This document shows, piece after piece, positions 50,401 through 64,000 of a DNA stretch of 64,000 bases. The DNA lies in contig NMRA01000053.1 in assembly GCA_002633005.1 (NCBI GenBank), positions 894,711 through 958,710 on the forward strand, given 5' to 3'. This stretch comes from Phoronis australis. Its lineage: Eukaryota; Animalia; Phoronida. The notes below the pieces were generated by a model that was not told the DNA's origin, searched no databases, and saw only the letters and a program-made list of their open reading frames with translations. Position 1 is the stretch's first letter; each line of letters begins with the position of its first letter. A program made the position numbers and the translations under genes.

Positions 50401-50660
50401 CAATCGAGCCAAGCGTCAGATCGACTTATCGCCGAGAGTGGTAAACCAACGAGAACAATGCTCTGCAGAATGGCTCGCGGGAGTCCATCGAATATGGAGC
50501 GAATGACGTCGCCAGCTAAAGGAACTTAAGTGACGTACAGATAGCTCGAGTAAGGGCGCACGTTGGCGCTGAAAATTGAATCTGTCATTATAGTATGTTT
50601 CAAAGTGGACAAACGTTTGAAGTTATTGGTAGATGTTTTCTACTGCTTGTGAAAATAAAA
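47498..50660 (+). other. paralog 2 distal non-coding exons (47498-47550, 48722-48788, 50350-~50660)
   Basis: Splice sites and terminal AATAAA conserved with paralog 1. Confidence 0.55.
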
Positions 50661-52488
50661 GCGGGAAATTATGATGAATGTGACAACACTGGCGTATCTG
50701 ATATAGATACAGAATACTGCACTGTGAAAAGAAGAATATAACTACACTGATGTCCCATGGCTGAGTTTACCGGATTCGGATGTTTTCATGCTAAGTTTGT
50801 AAGTCTGTTCTTCCAGACTGCCTGTTACTGTATCTTATGTGAGGCCATTCACAGCTCATAAACGAGACTGAAACCACGAATGTATTTTACGTGGGACAGC
50901 TTGATGTGGGCTCGCCCATACTGTGCTATTCTAGTCTACCAATGTGATGTGAAACCAATTGACCTATACTCTATGTCTGTTGAGTTAGAGAGAGCTCATT
51001 TTGAAGTTGTTCAAACATGATATTTAGATTTATGAAGCTTTAAAAAAGAATTTGAGTTATTTTTGTAAATACCCTATTTTTGCAACTACCACACCAGACT
51101 TGTAATCTTTTGTAACCATACCACGACTTAGTGATCATGCTACCTTCAAAATTAAATGAAAGCTACCTTTATGGAATGAAACTACAAAAAAATGCNCTGT
51201 GCAGAAGGTCCAACGGTTTACATCCCTGGCCCCTGCAACTGTCGAGCCGCCTGTGCACATACAATCGCACTTTGCCCAATTCCACGAGGCAACATATGTT
51301 GACCCCCCCTGTGGTATCTTAGATCCGCCACTGAATTCCAGACATTAATTTTACTTAGACACAGCCCTAGACCTACCGGAGATAACTGTTTGGCCAGGAC
51401 GAGATGAGTGTGTACCTGCAGCTATGAACCTGAATTTTTTTATCAAAATATTTCGTTTCAAGATTAGAAAAGCGTAAACAGTGCTATCGAGTCGGACACT
51501 ATAGTGCATGTGTTGTCAGTAATCTATGACCTACTTTACTTCAGGAGTCCCACCAGTTGTGACCTACTTTTCATTTGGCGAAATTTAGCAGACGACAGAA
51601 TAAAAATATCGGTGAATCTTCACTGATTTTATTCGAAAGATCATGAAATCTATGGAATCGTACAGATAATTCGACTTTACGGTACATGCCTAGCTTTACA
51701 TGAACATATCGTATCAGTGGCCTTGTCATTTGACAGGTGAAGTTGGCCCCGAGGCCGAGGGGTTCTTCGGATTTTCGCTGGCTCCTTGAGCACTTACTTT
51801 TTCATCGTCACCTTTACCGAAATTTCCATATCATGAACTTACGATTCACTGTTGAAAAGCATCGCCTCTTGTCTCTGTCGACGCGTTTTCAAATAGTACA
51901 AAAACACTCATCGATTCCACCAGGAACGTTTACCAACAGTGTATTTGCCTCTAACATCTCGTTCGAATGTCGGGTATCACGTGACTTTTCGCATAGGGGC
52001 GGAGCTTGCGATAGGTCAATTGCCAAAATGCATTACAACCATACAGCTGTAATTTGATAGCAGGTTCTACCTCACGGTGAAGAACAACCCTAGCCGGGAA
52101 AGATTGCAACCACCGGCCACTGCTTATTAATTTACATGTCATGTGTGAATGTCCGTCCTCGTTCCTGTCACAGTGAACAGCGTTTTATTGGACACACGGT
52201 ATTTCCTTCCTCTCTCCCGACGGTTGTCTATGCATTGCAGTTTAGTCCATGTAAGGCCATTTTTACATGGCCCAAAAATAATTATAAAGAAGTAGATAAT
52301 ACCCCTATTCGCTTTGTGAAACCGACTCATTTCGGTAAAGATTTTGGAGTCTGTTGATCAACCACGGGGAAACCTGTGCTGAATGCCGCAGCTCACTGGT
52401 CTTGACCGTACGCTGGGTTTGTTCCGTTAGACTTTTGGGCTTCCTACCGTGTGTTCCATTCACAGTCTCAGCTTGGGTTTCACTGTGA

Positions 52489-53460
52489 TATATATTTATT
52501 GAAGGATACACAGAACATACAAAGAAATAATAACAAACCCAGAAACCGCGAAGCATTATATCTGGGTTGTAAACAATTCATAAATGAAACTTATATACAT
52601 AGAGATATATACAATTAAGTAGTATCTAAAATAAGTATTCCAATACTTAGACATGCTATTACAGATATATAAAAACAAAAATATTTACAGATTCATGTAG
52701 GGAAATCAGATGCAACAATATTGATAAACGGTATATAAAAATTTGCTAACGTTGCTTAGGAGGAATTCGTTAAGAACAAAGTCAAGGTTAGGACTACCAT
52801 TCAGTAATAATGTAACTCTAGTAGGGATATTATTACAAGAATTGAGAGCGTTAACAACTGATTGGTTATCATTGAGTGCACGAAAGAGTGAGTCTCTCAG
52901 GGATTCGATGAGGGGACATTTGAAGAAAATATGAGGATAAGATTGATGGTCACCACATTTACAGTTTGGAGATACATTACTAAAGTTGTGCCTGAACTTG
53001 TCAGAGTTGAGGAAAAGGCCACATCTTGATCTGTACAATGCTATTTCGTTATCGCGGGTAAGGGAGAATTGAGTCAAGGGTGTTGAGTTATCAAAATTAT
53101 GAAAAACAGTTCTAAAATTATTTTTTATACTCGTAAAAGAGTTGCTTTCCTTAACAGAGACTGGAAGAGAATTCCAGTTGTTGATGCACATCATGACTGT
53201 AGACCTTCTGAATGCCTGACTGAACGACGGAGGAATTGCATATGGGGTGGAGAATCTCAAATCACTACGATGGCCTTGTCTAATATATAGATCAAATATT
53301 TTTTTGACAGACACGTTGTTGACATTGTTTATTACCTTGAACGTAAATGTGGTCATGTGAAGATTGCGTCGAGTAGACAGTTTGGGCCACTTGAGACTAT
53401 TCAAAACCTTAACACTATTGGATCCCATGTAAGCTCCAGTTATGAGTAAGGCAGCTTGGG
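52489..53460 (-). mobile_element. 5'-truncated CR1-group LINE (ORF2 C-terminus plus 3' UTR)
   Basis: 240-aa open frame ..AALLITGAY..LKWPKLSTRR..WNSLP..CKCG..HIFFKCP; 3' UTR ending AATAAA(TA)n. Confidence 0.75.
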
Positions 53461-55296
53461 TGGTACTCTTCAGCTTTGTTTTATGTTACCAAGTGCCTGG
53501 GGATGAGACGCGCGTTCTCGAAAATATAGCTAATTTTAATTTGTCTATAGGAAATTCGCTAATTACAACTGCACACCGGAAGATCGAAATTGTTCCAAGA
53601 GTATGAGCGAGTGAATATCGAGCTCAGTATCCAACAGAAGTACAGTGTAGTTTTCTCTCAAACTGGTTGTATAGAGCTCGTGAACGGTAACATTTCTCTG
53701 TTTCTTCAATGAGGCTTGAACAACTTGCATTCCAATCCCTAGCACCTTGCGAAGTTAAGCATCAAATTCTTGTGTAATAGTATGTTGTTAAAAATTTATA
53801 GTCCTGCTTTTGATGATTTTCCATCTAACTGAAATAAGTTTTCCAACAGTAGACTTAAGCGGCAGAAAGCCGTCACTAAATTCATTGAAAGTATACACGG
53901 TGCCGCTTGTCTTTAGCGGGACCAATGAACTCTATGCATCTCGTTGAGGGGGACCATGATTACACTCCTCATTTTCCTAGTAGTATTAATTTTCAAAAAG
54001 TCAGTCGGCTACACAGTTCAGTGATTCCGAGAGCTGTGATCTAGGAATCTCTCGAAAGCGATGCTCGTTCAGTCCTTTAAAATTCCGACTTGCCGTCATT
54101 CGATCAACCCGACACGAAGGTTTTACGTGTAAAACACTATAGGATGCTCGAACAGAAAGTTTCTTGTAACTTGCAAATGCCCGAGGCCTTATACCGCGTC
54201 ACGAGCCATGAAACGAAAAAAAAAAAATTTAACAGAGAGCATACCACCCAAAAAAACAACCTAATTTGTGTCAATTTAGATCGAGTAGTTCTACTCCATA
54301 AGGGCACGGTTGCGTTACCTGACACATGACGGCAGACGGAAGTGTTGAAATTATCCAATGACGTAATTGGTTTCACACGCAGTCTGTTCAGCAGTTCACA
54401 ACACGGGTTACTGGTGTCGGCTTGTTGCTTGAATTCATCGTTTAATACCAGTAAATCATCAAACTTCGATGTAAAACCCTTAAAAATACATCGAGTTCTT
54501 ACAAAACTGTGTTGTTTTATTTCGCTCTTACGGATTTATTGGTGTTTGGACACACCGTAGCCTACAAAGTTCGGCAGGCTAATAAGGTCCGTAGCAAGAG
54601 TTTGTGGTCTGTTTGGAGATAAATTCTACGTATTTTCCGTGAGATACAGACAGCAGGAGAACCTAGCTCTGTGTTGTTTAGACTTTTTATTTTTTTAGTT
54701 CTAAACACACAAAACGATTGTCTTCCTGGCCAGTGGCTCGGAGCCCGTCGGGACCACTCGTTACTATCCAGGCCAGTGGCTCGGAAGCCGATCAGACATC
54801 ACGAACATAAACCAGCCAAAGTTGGAAACTAAACTTCCAGTCAAGAAATACTAGTGAGCCAAAGAAGTGAAGTGCATGTGATTATTTTGGTGAATTAGCC
54901 ACTGGAAACTGCAAATCTAATTACTCGTCGGGGGCCGCGAAGTCACTGGTTCCACTTGGCCACAGAACCGTCACGGCAGAAGTTTTAGCCTACATTGACA
55001 ATCATTATTTGAATAATGTAAATGTAAATAAAGATTCCCTAACACCTGGCCGTGGTATAGAAATCAAATTGTCTCACAACAGTTTCTGTCAGCCGCAAAC
55101 ACTTATTCATGAGATCACACGGCCTCGGTATCCCGTCAATTACTTTTTACACATAAAGCCGTTAACGCAGTTGCTGGCTTCTCAAATCATTTGCACTCAC
55201 GAACACTCCAAAGGCATTCCGAATTGCATCTAATGAGACACTTTGTTTCAGTTTTATATAAGTATTGGTGTATATCAGTCCTATCGTAGCTCTCTC

Positions 55297-55640
55297 TGTT
55301 GTTTCCACCTCGGCTAGGACTTGGGGGAGATAGAGAATTATGACATATAGATGGCGCTTGGTATTCGCCCTAGCCGCCATGTTTCTTTTGTCTCTAAATC
55401 CATTGTTTAATTAGCGGTAAGATTCCCTCATTTATTGTAGCCTTAGCACCTGTCTAGCATTGTTAACCTATTGTAATCACACGTCACTTGTTAGCGACCT
55501 AGTATTTACCCCCTGTCTCTGTTCTTTCAGGTTACGATCATTCGTAGTTTGCTGTAACCAATAAACAGTGAAGAAATACTTGCGAGTTATTTTCTACTGA
55601 GAATAATTCATTTTGAAACGGAAAGCTCAGTAAAATAAAC
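55297..55640 (+). mobile_element. possible LTR remnant (BEL/Pao-like)
   Basis: TGT start, internal gtaag..ttctttcag mini-intron and AATAAA; no partner LTR or gag/pol seen. Confidence 0.25.
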
Positions 55641-56615
55641 GGCAACTCGGAATCCCTGGCGGCTTAGTAGACGAGAGCTCATCCCAACGAAAACTTCGCA
55701 GGTGGATCGTTAAGTTTCACAGGCTATCAGTTCGAACAGGAATACAGTGATGAAGAAATACTAGGGAGGCGCCGTGAACAAGCTCAGACTACGGAACGTA
55801 TGGATAATTATTTGGTAAGCCGGCATTCGTCAGGCACTGTCCCGCGACGACTGCAGGCCACAGACACGCATGTTTCACGGCCTCATACGTGTTACAGCGT
55901 ACTTTTAATTCTGCACTACCGCGAGCCACTTGCTAAGCATTTCGGACTCTCGAGGATGTCGAAAAAACGATATCGGGTGCATCGTTCGGACTAGCGGGAA
56001 CGATGCACCGCAGACATAGCGGCATTAACTCTGCAAATGAACCACTGACATCGCTGCGTCGTTTCTCACCTTCCTCACAGGTTAACGCGACACCTCTCGG
56101 CAAAGTAAGGTCGACCGCCTGCAAGGCGATGTGGACATAGCTGACCGATTAAGACGGCAAAAAAGACTAATTAAATTGGGTGGCATTCTCCTTTAAGCAT
56201 CATTTATTTGCACCACTCGCAGCTCTTTTCCACCTAAGAAGTCGATCATGGACTTGAGGCACAAGTGACGCGGTTACTGCCGGGGGATTGCCGATAAAGC
56301 ACCCGCCTCAAAACAAATATGAGAGCTTTTCCAGTCGGAAAATGACTGGACACTTCTTGGTAACAAAAATAAGTGACTTAAAGAAATGATTGTTTCCGAA
56401 ACCGCGCCCAATGACGCTTTTGAGAACAACTAAGGACTTGAACCTGAAGAAATCATTTTCATCCAGAGCGCTTTTCAAAAATCTCCGGTAGGCCTATTAT
56501 TAAAACAACCTAAACAAGGATTACCCAACGAGGCAGAATTACCAGAAATTCATTTCTATAGCTTGATTAAAAATTACGTGAAAGTTAAACCAATTTGGAT
56601 TATTTATTCCGTACC

Positions 56616-56685
56616 CATGGGCGAGGCAGCACTGAAAAAAGTGGGGCTATAGCTCCCCCCCCAGCCCCCTATGGTGCGCCCGGCC
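56616..56685. repeat. short MITE-like repeat, with an inverted copy at 62065-62138
   Basis: CATGGGCG..GCAGCACTGAAAAAAGTGGGG..CCCCAGCCCCCTATGGTGCGCC matches the reverse complement at 62071-62138. Confidence 0.6.
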
Positions 56686-57685
56686 GCCCAGGCGGCCGGT
56701 AGTACCACTTTTGAAGGGAAACTTCAAGCTCATACGATCGTTCCACAAATTTAGCTAAGGAATAACGCAACGTAGCGGCATTGTTCTCGTATCAGTTACT
56801 ACTTTTAATGAGATATTTGTTATTGGTTGTAATATAGTGTAGAGCCAGACGAGATCAATGTTACGTTCTTCATTGAAGCTACAAGACCCTGTGGTGTTCG
56901 ATAACGCATCAGTCGATTTGGGCGGTCGACTAAGATTTTTTTCTCGCATCACGTATAGGCGTCCAAAATGTTCTCACTCACTCATGTCAGTTTCACGTGA
57001 CGTACAATGCAGCTGGAATTTGTTTTTCGCGAGTCGGCTTCGTAGCCAACAACGCGTACACTACTAAAAGAAAGACAAACACTTAATACTCTGTTCATTT
57101 ACTGTTGTGATATACGTTTCACATATTAATGCCGTATTTAGTGTTACACTAAGTGGATTGAGTTGGTGAAGAATTCGCGAATAGCCTTTCAAAAGACTAA
57201 GCATATACTTCCAACTGTTAAAACATGCAAACAATATATAGTACAAACAAATCCACTTATCTGGGCACCGATATTTTTAAATATACTCAATATTTCAGTT
57301 CGTGCAACATTTTGTATGTATTGATTTTGATGCACACACATATTTATAAGAACATTGTCTCGTTATTGATACAAAACATTGTCTCATGCATTTTACCAGG
57401 TAAGTTTAAATAAACACTTGGTCACATTGAACACTTGAAAAAACGCCGGCGTAAAATAGTAAATTGATTATACATCACACCGCCACTTAGTGATAGAATA
57501 TAAACTACTTTTATTACCTGGGCCATTTTGATGCTTACACTAAACTAGTCACGAATTTATGTTTCGAGTGAGAGAGTGGCCGGGAAGGGCGGTGGTGTTT
57601 TGTCAATGAAAGCTGACGAAGTATGATATGTGAGGTAAATAGTACTGAACAGAACAAAGGGTTCTAAATGCTGGATTAGGACAAA

Positions 57686-57717
57686 ATCATCATCATCATC
57701 ATAATCATCATCATCAT
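57686..57717. repeat. (ATC)n microsatellite
   Basis: atcatcatcatcatcataatcatcatcatcat. Confidence 0.85.
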
Positions 57718-58204
57718 TATTGTCTTAAAATATTAGCTTCTATATCCGTTGGAAGGGAACTTTATCGGAATAGACGTACGCGTTCTTTTTTGAAAGTCTG
57801 CTCGTAAAAAAATCAGCCATCTGAGCGGCATACGATATACCACCTATATGTAGGGACAACCGAGGGGAGAACGATGCCACAGCAGCCGTATCAACTGTAA
57901 AACAGAGACAAGCAAACTTCTCGTATCTTCCTCGTTCAATCCCTGTCATCTGCCTTTCAATCTTTACTTTTCTGTTTCTTTTTCTTCTTCCTTGTGTCTG
58001 TGTTCCTGAGCCACGGCGGCCGGAGCAGTATTTGTTCCGTCGAGAATTCATCATCTGACTGCAGCCTTGATCTGGCTTGTTCAGATTTACTTGTGACAGT
58101 GACGGCGGACAAACTGGCTGGTTGTGGTCTTATTTGCGCACTTGCACCCTCGAGTGGACTCGCATGTTCATCAGACAGGGTCTGTCTTGTTCACTAGGTG
58201 ACAT

Positions 58205-60943
58205 CTAACTTATGACATCAGGCTTCCTCTTGTCCTCAGACGCTCTCGAGACAATGCGTCTGTTGTCAAGTTTTGTAACGCTCCTTACTGTCAAATCTGG
58301 AATAGGCCTAGTCAGTGCCTCCGCGGGCTCCAGTTCAAATACAGGCCGGATCACCTGCAAGGATAAAAATTGTGCTCGACTAGTTTTTTTTTAATAGACG
58401 TACGAAAGATTAAAGGATATTCAGTTATAAATTTGTAAAATTTCTCAATCTTTTCTCGGGATACCCGTTTGTAGCAGTGTGGGATGCTTTGGTACTATAC
58501 GGCAACGAAAAGGCTTTCGGTAGGAAATCTTCCTCGCTCACGTTTCAAACGGTCGTTTTAACGGCACACCTTTCTCATTCACACAGTTCGTAATTCTTGC
58601 GAGCTGTAATTTGTTTGCAAACCAGTATTATATGACGGACAAAGCCTACGTTCAACTGACTGATTTAGACCGTTCAGGTTCGGGTCATGAAAGCTCGTTT
58701 CCACCCTGTCTCGAGAAATCTGACTTAATCGATTGGCTTTCTTCAAGATGAAAAGATTCAATAAAGCCCTGTCTTTTGCCAAATTGTTAAGTCCGCCTTG
58801 AAAAATTGAGATGCCAAAAATGACCAAAACATTGTGATTTTGGCCTTTTTGTACCTATGAAATCGCAAATTCACGATTGCCCCGGTGCAAGTGAAAAGAC
58901 AACATCCCGAATAATGTCGCACTCCGATTCCCGAAACTTAGGTTAAAGTATATCAATAAGAACTAGATTTTTGACAATTTCCACGTGTTCTCATGAATGG
59001 TGCTTGGGTAGAGTTCAATGACGATAGGCGAATGAGCTCGGTTAGGACCTCGCATTATGCGTAGCGCATGGAAAAAAGCTTTTGAAGATTCGATTGGTTA
59101 TTGCCACGCCTCTCACGTCAGTCAACATCAGCACAAACTAGAATCATCTTTCTTAACCCATTTATGCCCAGATCCGCAGATTATCTTCACGTTTAACCAG
59201 ATGGGGTATACTCTTGCGAAACAAGCATGACATTATCTTGTAATATTGTCCTGTTATAGGAAATATGCCAGCAACATCATGAAACGAGGTACCAACAGCT
59301 ATGAGGTCGCCTTCCTTCAAAAACATATCTTATGATTTAGACTAATTAAAGTTATGGAATTAATTGGCCGGCCTCTAAGTGTTCCTCAGTTAAGTTTCAA
59401 GTGATTCCAAAACTTCAAAAAAATCGAAAAAACTAGCAACTTGTCGTCGCAGAGACCAGGCATTACACTAAATTGTCTTGTCACGGCGGATCATTTGGAA
59501 AAGTCAACACTGAAATAAATTATCCTGTTTCTCATTAACCTTGTCTTTAGTATTTGTCGTCACTCTGCTCTGACAATACATCCATTTTCAGAAATTCTAC
59601 AACGCACAAAATTCCTAGGAACGTGGCCTTGAGGGCGTGTTTGCGAAAATATCTGGAAGTAACTTAAGATCACATTTTCTAGGAGTCAGCCACTTTCACT
59701 CGAAAATTTGTCGTTCCAGTTGTCTCTCTATTCGCAGGGTTTAAAAAAACTAAAAATTTGAACCACTTTGGTACAATATTTTACAAGTTCGAACGGAGCA
59801 TACACCTCCGGTGTATTGCAAAAGCATTTTTATCTGTAAAACAATTCACTAACTGTTTGCTCAACAGTCGATCTATGCATGAAGTGATTGTTTGATTTGT
59901 GTGTTTAAGTTATTTCCCTCACCTCACTTGCCAGATTCCCAAGATCCAGCTGTGCAAGACGTTTTTTAATGTCCCGAAACTGCAGTAGTTTTTCACCATC
60001 TTTAGCGGACTCCAGAATTTCTTGCGAGTACTTCAAAGTGCCAGTTATGGTGAGTCTGCTCAACTCAGCTTCATTGTACACAACCTCTGCTTGCTTACGG
60101 GCCTTTGCAATCTCTGCTTTTAGTTGTTCAATCGAGGTGGTCTTCTTCATGTCAATTTCTTCAATAACACTATCCTTAAACGTCTTGTACAACTGCTCAA
60201 TTTCTTCGATCAAGGAGTCTTCTTGCTGTTCAAAATTGTCCACTACTGTTTTCCGGTCACCAGACAACAGCGTAGAATGGTCGGAGGCCATCTTCCAGGT
60301 GTCCAAATACTGTCGAATGACGTCATCAGCAGCCGCTGCGGACTCTTCTAGATTTTTTATTTCGTGATGTTTGTGTTCGAGCATTGCGCATAAGTAACAC
60401 ATTGGCTTTTCGCAATTCTGACAGTAAACTTCCATAACCTTGTCGTCGTGCTTTGGGCAATACACCTTTTGCAGACGGCGTATTTCCAGAATGTGCTGGC
60501 TAGCTTTGATTTCCTCCAAACTAAGCACTTTGTGGCCGTGAGTAAATTTGGAAAGACAATGGCACTCGGCACATCGCTGACAGAGATGATCTTTGCAGTC
60601 AACGCACATGGATGTTGATGTATTTTCAGCTCCTTGAAGGTTACAGACGTCGCAATAATGTACCTCCGATACTTCCGGAAATAGTTCACTTATCTGCGTA
60701 AGATAGAGGTTACGTTGGAATCCCGTTGCACCATTTTGTGGCACTTGATATTTCACTTTACACATTGGACAAGGAAAGGAGCCCTTTGTTTACTTTTCGT
60801 CTATGTGTTGTGCAATGCATTTCTCACAGAACGAGTGGAGGCAATGATGGTAAGCTCCGCGGAACTTTGATACGCTCCAGACAAATGGGACATTCTTATT
60901 CTAGTATCCGTTGGAAGTTTTCTACGTCCTTGCAGTGAGCCAT
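58205..60943 (-). pseudogene. TRIM-family (RING, B-box1, B-box2, coiled coil) gene with disabled RING; probable pseudogene or RING-less TRIM
   Basis: ATG 60943 MAHCKDVENFQRILE*ECPICLERIKVPRSLP[+4 nt]CLHSFCEKCIAQHIDEK*TKGSFPCPMC. Then an open 286-aa stretch with B-boxes (CDVC..CVDC..LCQRC..CH..H; CPKH..YCQNC..MCYLC..HKHH) and a coiled coil. Donor at 59923, next exon from 58354 to TAG at 58207-58205; a frameshifted protein-like tail continues to ~57957. Confidence 0.75.
59905..60765 (-). CDS. intact B-box1/B-box2/coiled-coil ORF of the TRIM locus
   Basis: 286-aa ORF with conserved Zn-ligand spacing; coding status uncertain because of the upstream RING lesions. Confidence 0.6.
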   Translation of the reverse strand: MCKVKYQVPQNGATGFQRNLYLTQISELFPEVSEVHYCDVCNLQGAENTSTSMCVDCKDHLCQRCAECHCLSKFTHGHKVLSLEEIKASQHILEIRRLQKVYCPKHDDKVMEVYCQNCEKPMCYLCAMLEHKHHEIKNLEESAAAADDVIRQYLDTWKMASDHSTLLSGDRKTVVDNFEQQEDSLIEEIEQLYKTFKDSVIEEIDMKKTTSIEQLKAEIAKARKQAEVVYNEAELSRLTITGTLKYSQEILESAKDGEKLLQFRDIKKRLAQLDLGNLASEVREIT

Positions 60944-61157
60944 TTATCTGCTAAAAACCAAAGAAAGAAACATTAAAATTACAGATTGCGCACTCTAGAA
61001 AAGTATTAACATCTTAGTGCAAGTAATCGCTTCTCGAACATATTGATACGACATGAGCATTTTGACAACCCTTTGTTTCACCTGAAACTGTTTTGCAGAT
61101 TATTCGGATCGACTTGATATGAGTGCACTGGCAAGTAAACGGAACGAACCCATTTAA

Positions 61158-61989
61158 AGGCGAAGACAATCTTTTTTCATGTCATTTTTAGCAAAAATAA
61201 GGTTCGATGATTATCCCAGACATATTTTCCACTTAATTACAGCTTATCGTAATTTGATTAATTATTCATTATCTACTTCGGAAGTGACGATTTGGGAGGC
61301 AAGGATTTCGCGCCAATGTCTTTTCCCACAGTCTGACTATATAGCGTTGTCGAGTCAGTCATTCATCTACCTCGGTTGTCATAAGTTCAGTCGTCGTTTG
61401 TTTTTGTTTACGAGTCAGTCAGCATGCCACACTGCTGCTGCGTACCGGGATGTACTCATTATGGCCCAAAGCCTTTAAGCAGCCCTGGACAGATCGGTGA
61501 GCCAAACTTTGATAACTTTTTTGTGGACTTGTCTAAAGTTCTGGAGCTATTTAGAAGGTGCCAGGTGTGTGGCGAGGGAGTCACACGGCGGAGTGTAAAC
61601 ACTTTGTGTGCTCAGGTCACTATCAGTGGGAGTGTGTCGCGGACACTCGGGCAAGTGGGACAGCTGTTCCTCTGTCCGTGAGACGATAATGAGTACATCC
61701 CGGTACGCAGCAACATTGTGGCATGCTGACTGACTCGTAAACAAAATCACACGATGACCGAACTTATCGAAACCGAGATCGAACAATGACTGACTCGGCA
61801 GCTCTCAAAGTCAGACTATACGAAAAGAAATAGGCGAGAAATTCTTGCCACCCAAAACGTCACTTCCGGGGTAGACAAAGAACAATTAATTAAATTACGA
61901 AAAGCTGTAATTAAGTGGAAAATGTGTCTGGGATAACCAACGAACCTTAATTTTGCTAAAAAAGACATGAAAAAAGGTTGCTTTAGCCT
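61158..61989 (+). mobile_element. second Kolobok-like fold-back copy with a further internal deletion
   Basis: TTAA TSD on both sides; colinear with 35129-36487; intact [10 protein letters not shown] start fused to [31 protein letters not shown]. Confidence 0.8.
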
Positions 61990-64000
61990 TTAATAAGTAG
62001 GCCTAAGAGCCCAGTCACAACAAGGATAGTTCTCAATCTCGAAAACGGGAAACTGTGAACGACATGGCTTTGGCGGCGCACCATAGGGGGCTGGGGGGGC
62101 TATAGCCCCCCACTTTTTTCAGTGCTGCGCCGCCCATGCATGGCTGCCTTGTTTTGAACGGCGTTGCATTCGAGATATGTTTGGACAAAGTTGTGTTCCC
62201 CGCCGTTTCAAGATGTAACATTATAACGAATTCAAAAGCGAACGTGGGCGCATTGCAAATCTTTATGTGTTTTTAAGTCCTGACTACTAAGTTCAGTGGA
62301 CGATGAGCAGAGTGAATTGTTGACGCGTACCAACGAATTTAATGCTGTTACATTGAACTCCAATGCTCTCACTACACGCTGGTGCAATTTTCGTCATAGT
62401 GTGACGGCTCATTAGACTGACTCGGACTTTCTGAGGACGAACTGAATGTGACGCCAACGAGCATTGATAGCATTGCTGTGTGTTATGTAGACGGAGCGTA
62501 ACTATTGGACGTCAAAGGAAAAAGCTGGAAACAAGTACTAGGATTTACCCAGAGTGTGCGTGACTATATTTTTGGCTGGATGTTCCACGGAAGATTATGA
62601 AAGTTGGCACGATAAAACCACACCCTATATACTCATAAAAAGGAAGCATTTGTTGTAAGCTTCAAAAACTTACCTCTGGAGCTTGAAAAAGTGAGAGTGG
62701 GAACTGAAAAGGACACTCGGTTTATGGGGGAACCTGTATGTGAACTAACCACATATCGGAGCTGCACCTCCATGCTTCCTATGATTGCAATGGTCAATGA
62801 TCGATTGATATAATCGGGGATATTTTCAGTGTCCTTTTTTCAAGGTATTGGTCACATAAAATCACTAAACCGAACGAAATTAATTTACTTTTCACTAGTG
62901 CATGTTTGAGAGAACCAGTTACGTCACTGAGAGCTCATATTTCTTGATTTGACATTCCAGGCACTCCAGTAAGAACATACTTCATTTAGTGTAAACTTGA
63001 GATTACAAATTCTGATATCAATGCTTATTTTTGCAGTTAGCGGAAAATTTAGCTGCCTGTTTGTACAAACAAGCGGCCATCTTTGGATAGATGACCTTAT
63101 CCAAGAAAATGAGCTTATCTGGATATGCTCCTAGAGCCGGGTTATTATGTGCTAAAACCTAGTTTTAGGTGAGACATCACAGGTTTGTGATTGTATGTTT
63201 ACCGTCAAAACTGATTCACGGACGCGTCCAGCTGAGTCGTCAACGTGAAACTGAAACACAACCAGGTGACCGACATAGTTTTATTTGCAAATTCACAGGA
63301 ATATTATTAACCAGAATTTCGCCACATGCGCGCACCCAGCCTAAAATGTAGGGATCGGGGAGTCTTGAACTGGGTTTGTGGATCTTATTACTAAAAAAAA
63401 AAACGGGTAAACGGAGTTTGTTCAAGGCTATGCATTGTGCATTCGCCCCCAGAGCTCCCCTAGGTGCGCGCATATGCCAGTCAGCAATTCGCACCACGAA
63501 CTGCCAAATGGAATCTGGGAGAATTTTGGGGGGGGGGGGTCCGCCACTGATAGCCCCCAGCTCTGGCCCTATGGTGGGCTCCACATACAATGTAGTTTAG
63601 TGTAGTAAAGATCTGACCAAACTGACTCGTTTCCGGGATGTTCACCCCGCTCTAATGCAAACAGAGTTTAGGACGCAACAAGTGTGTCACCTCAGAGTAC
63701 CACCGAGAGTTGAAGTTCATCATTGAGCAGTGTCCCGGACGAAAAGGCGGGTGTTTTACTTTGATGCGGATAAAATCACATGCGCCTACAGCACCCGTGT
63801 GACTGGAAAATATGTGACATCACAGGCAAGTTTAGGGACCGGCAAAAGTAGAAAGCATCATGGCGAGCCTGATGGAGAGTGTATAAATGACCATGAGGTG
63901 TCTCGTCTTGCACCGCATGACTCACGTCCATACAAATAACTTGTATTTACAAAATACTTCAGAAGTTGTTTTCTTCTAGTATCTGTATTATTTTGATTTC

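Noticed and set aside
2560-50850. The two hnRNP copies as uncollapsed allelic haplotigs
   Set aside because: 12 silent changes in 69 codons, 11 amino-acid changes in one exon, loss of a whole exon and different TE content are too much for typical alleles; read depth would settle it
62674-63083. 5'-UTR exon and promoter of the TRIM locus (minus-strand AG|GTAAGT at 62674, YY1-like AAGATGGCCGC near 63075)
   Set aside because: Plausible, but supported only by short motifs

Overview
Eukaryotic genomic DNA, intron-rich and TE-rich, from a draft assembly (338-N gap at 38467-38804, several single Ns). The repeat types suggest a marine invertebrate, but the species cannot be determined. The main content is a tandem pair of + strand hnRNP A/B (hnRNP A1/A2/A3-like) genes. 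Paralog 1 starts before the window; its coding exons run 2560-11625. Paralog 2 is complete: 9 coding exons, 26371-46424, 620 aa. Paralog 1 has lost the 783-nt G/N/Q-rich prion-like exon through a ~1.28-kb deletion plus frameshifts, while its other exons stay in frame. The paralogs differ mostly at synonymous sites in one RRM2 exon and mostly at non-synonymous sites in the next. Both keep a 3'-UTR intron, a near-identical UAG-rich terminal exon and three further non-coding exons, consistent with an alternative-splicing/NMD autoregulation cassette. On the - strand at ~58-61 kb is a TRIM (RING-Bbox-Bbox-coiled coil) gene with a disabled RING. The rest is nested transposon debris: hAT-type elements with 5-6 bp TSDs, Kolobok/THAP fold-back derivatives, an ISL2EU-like relic, a pogo/mariner-like element, Helentron-associated repeats carrying CTCF-consensus motifs, LINE fragments and a ~1.9-kb imperfect palindrome. 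Splice models and alignments were made by eye with no expression data.
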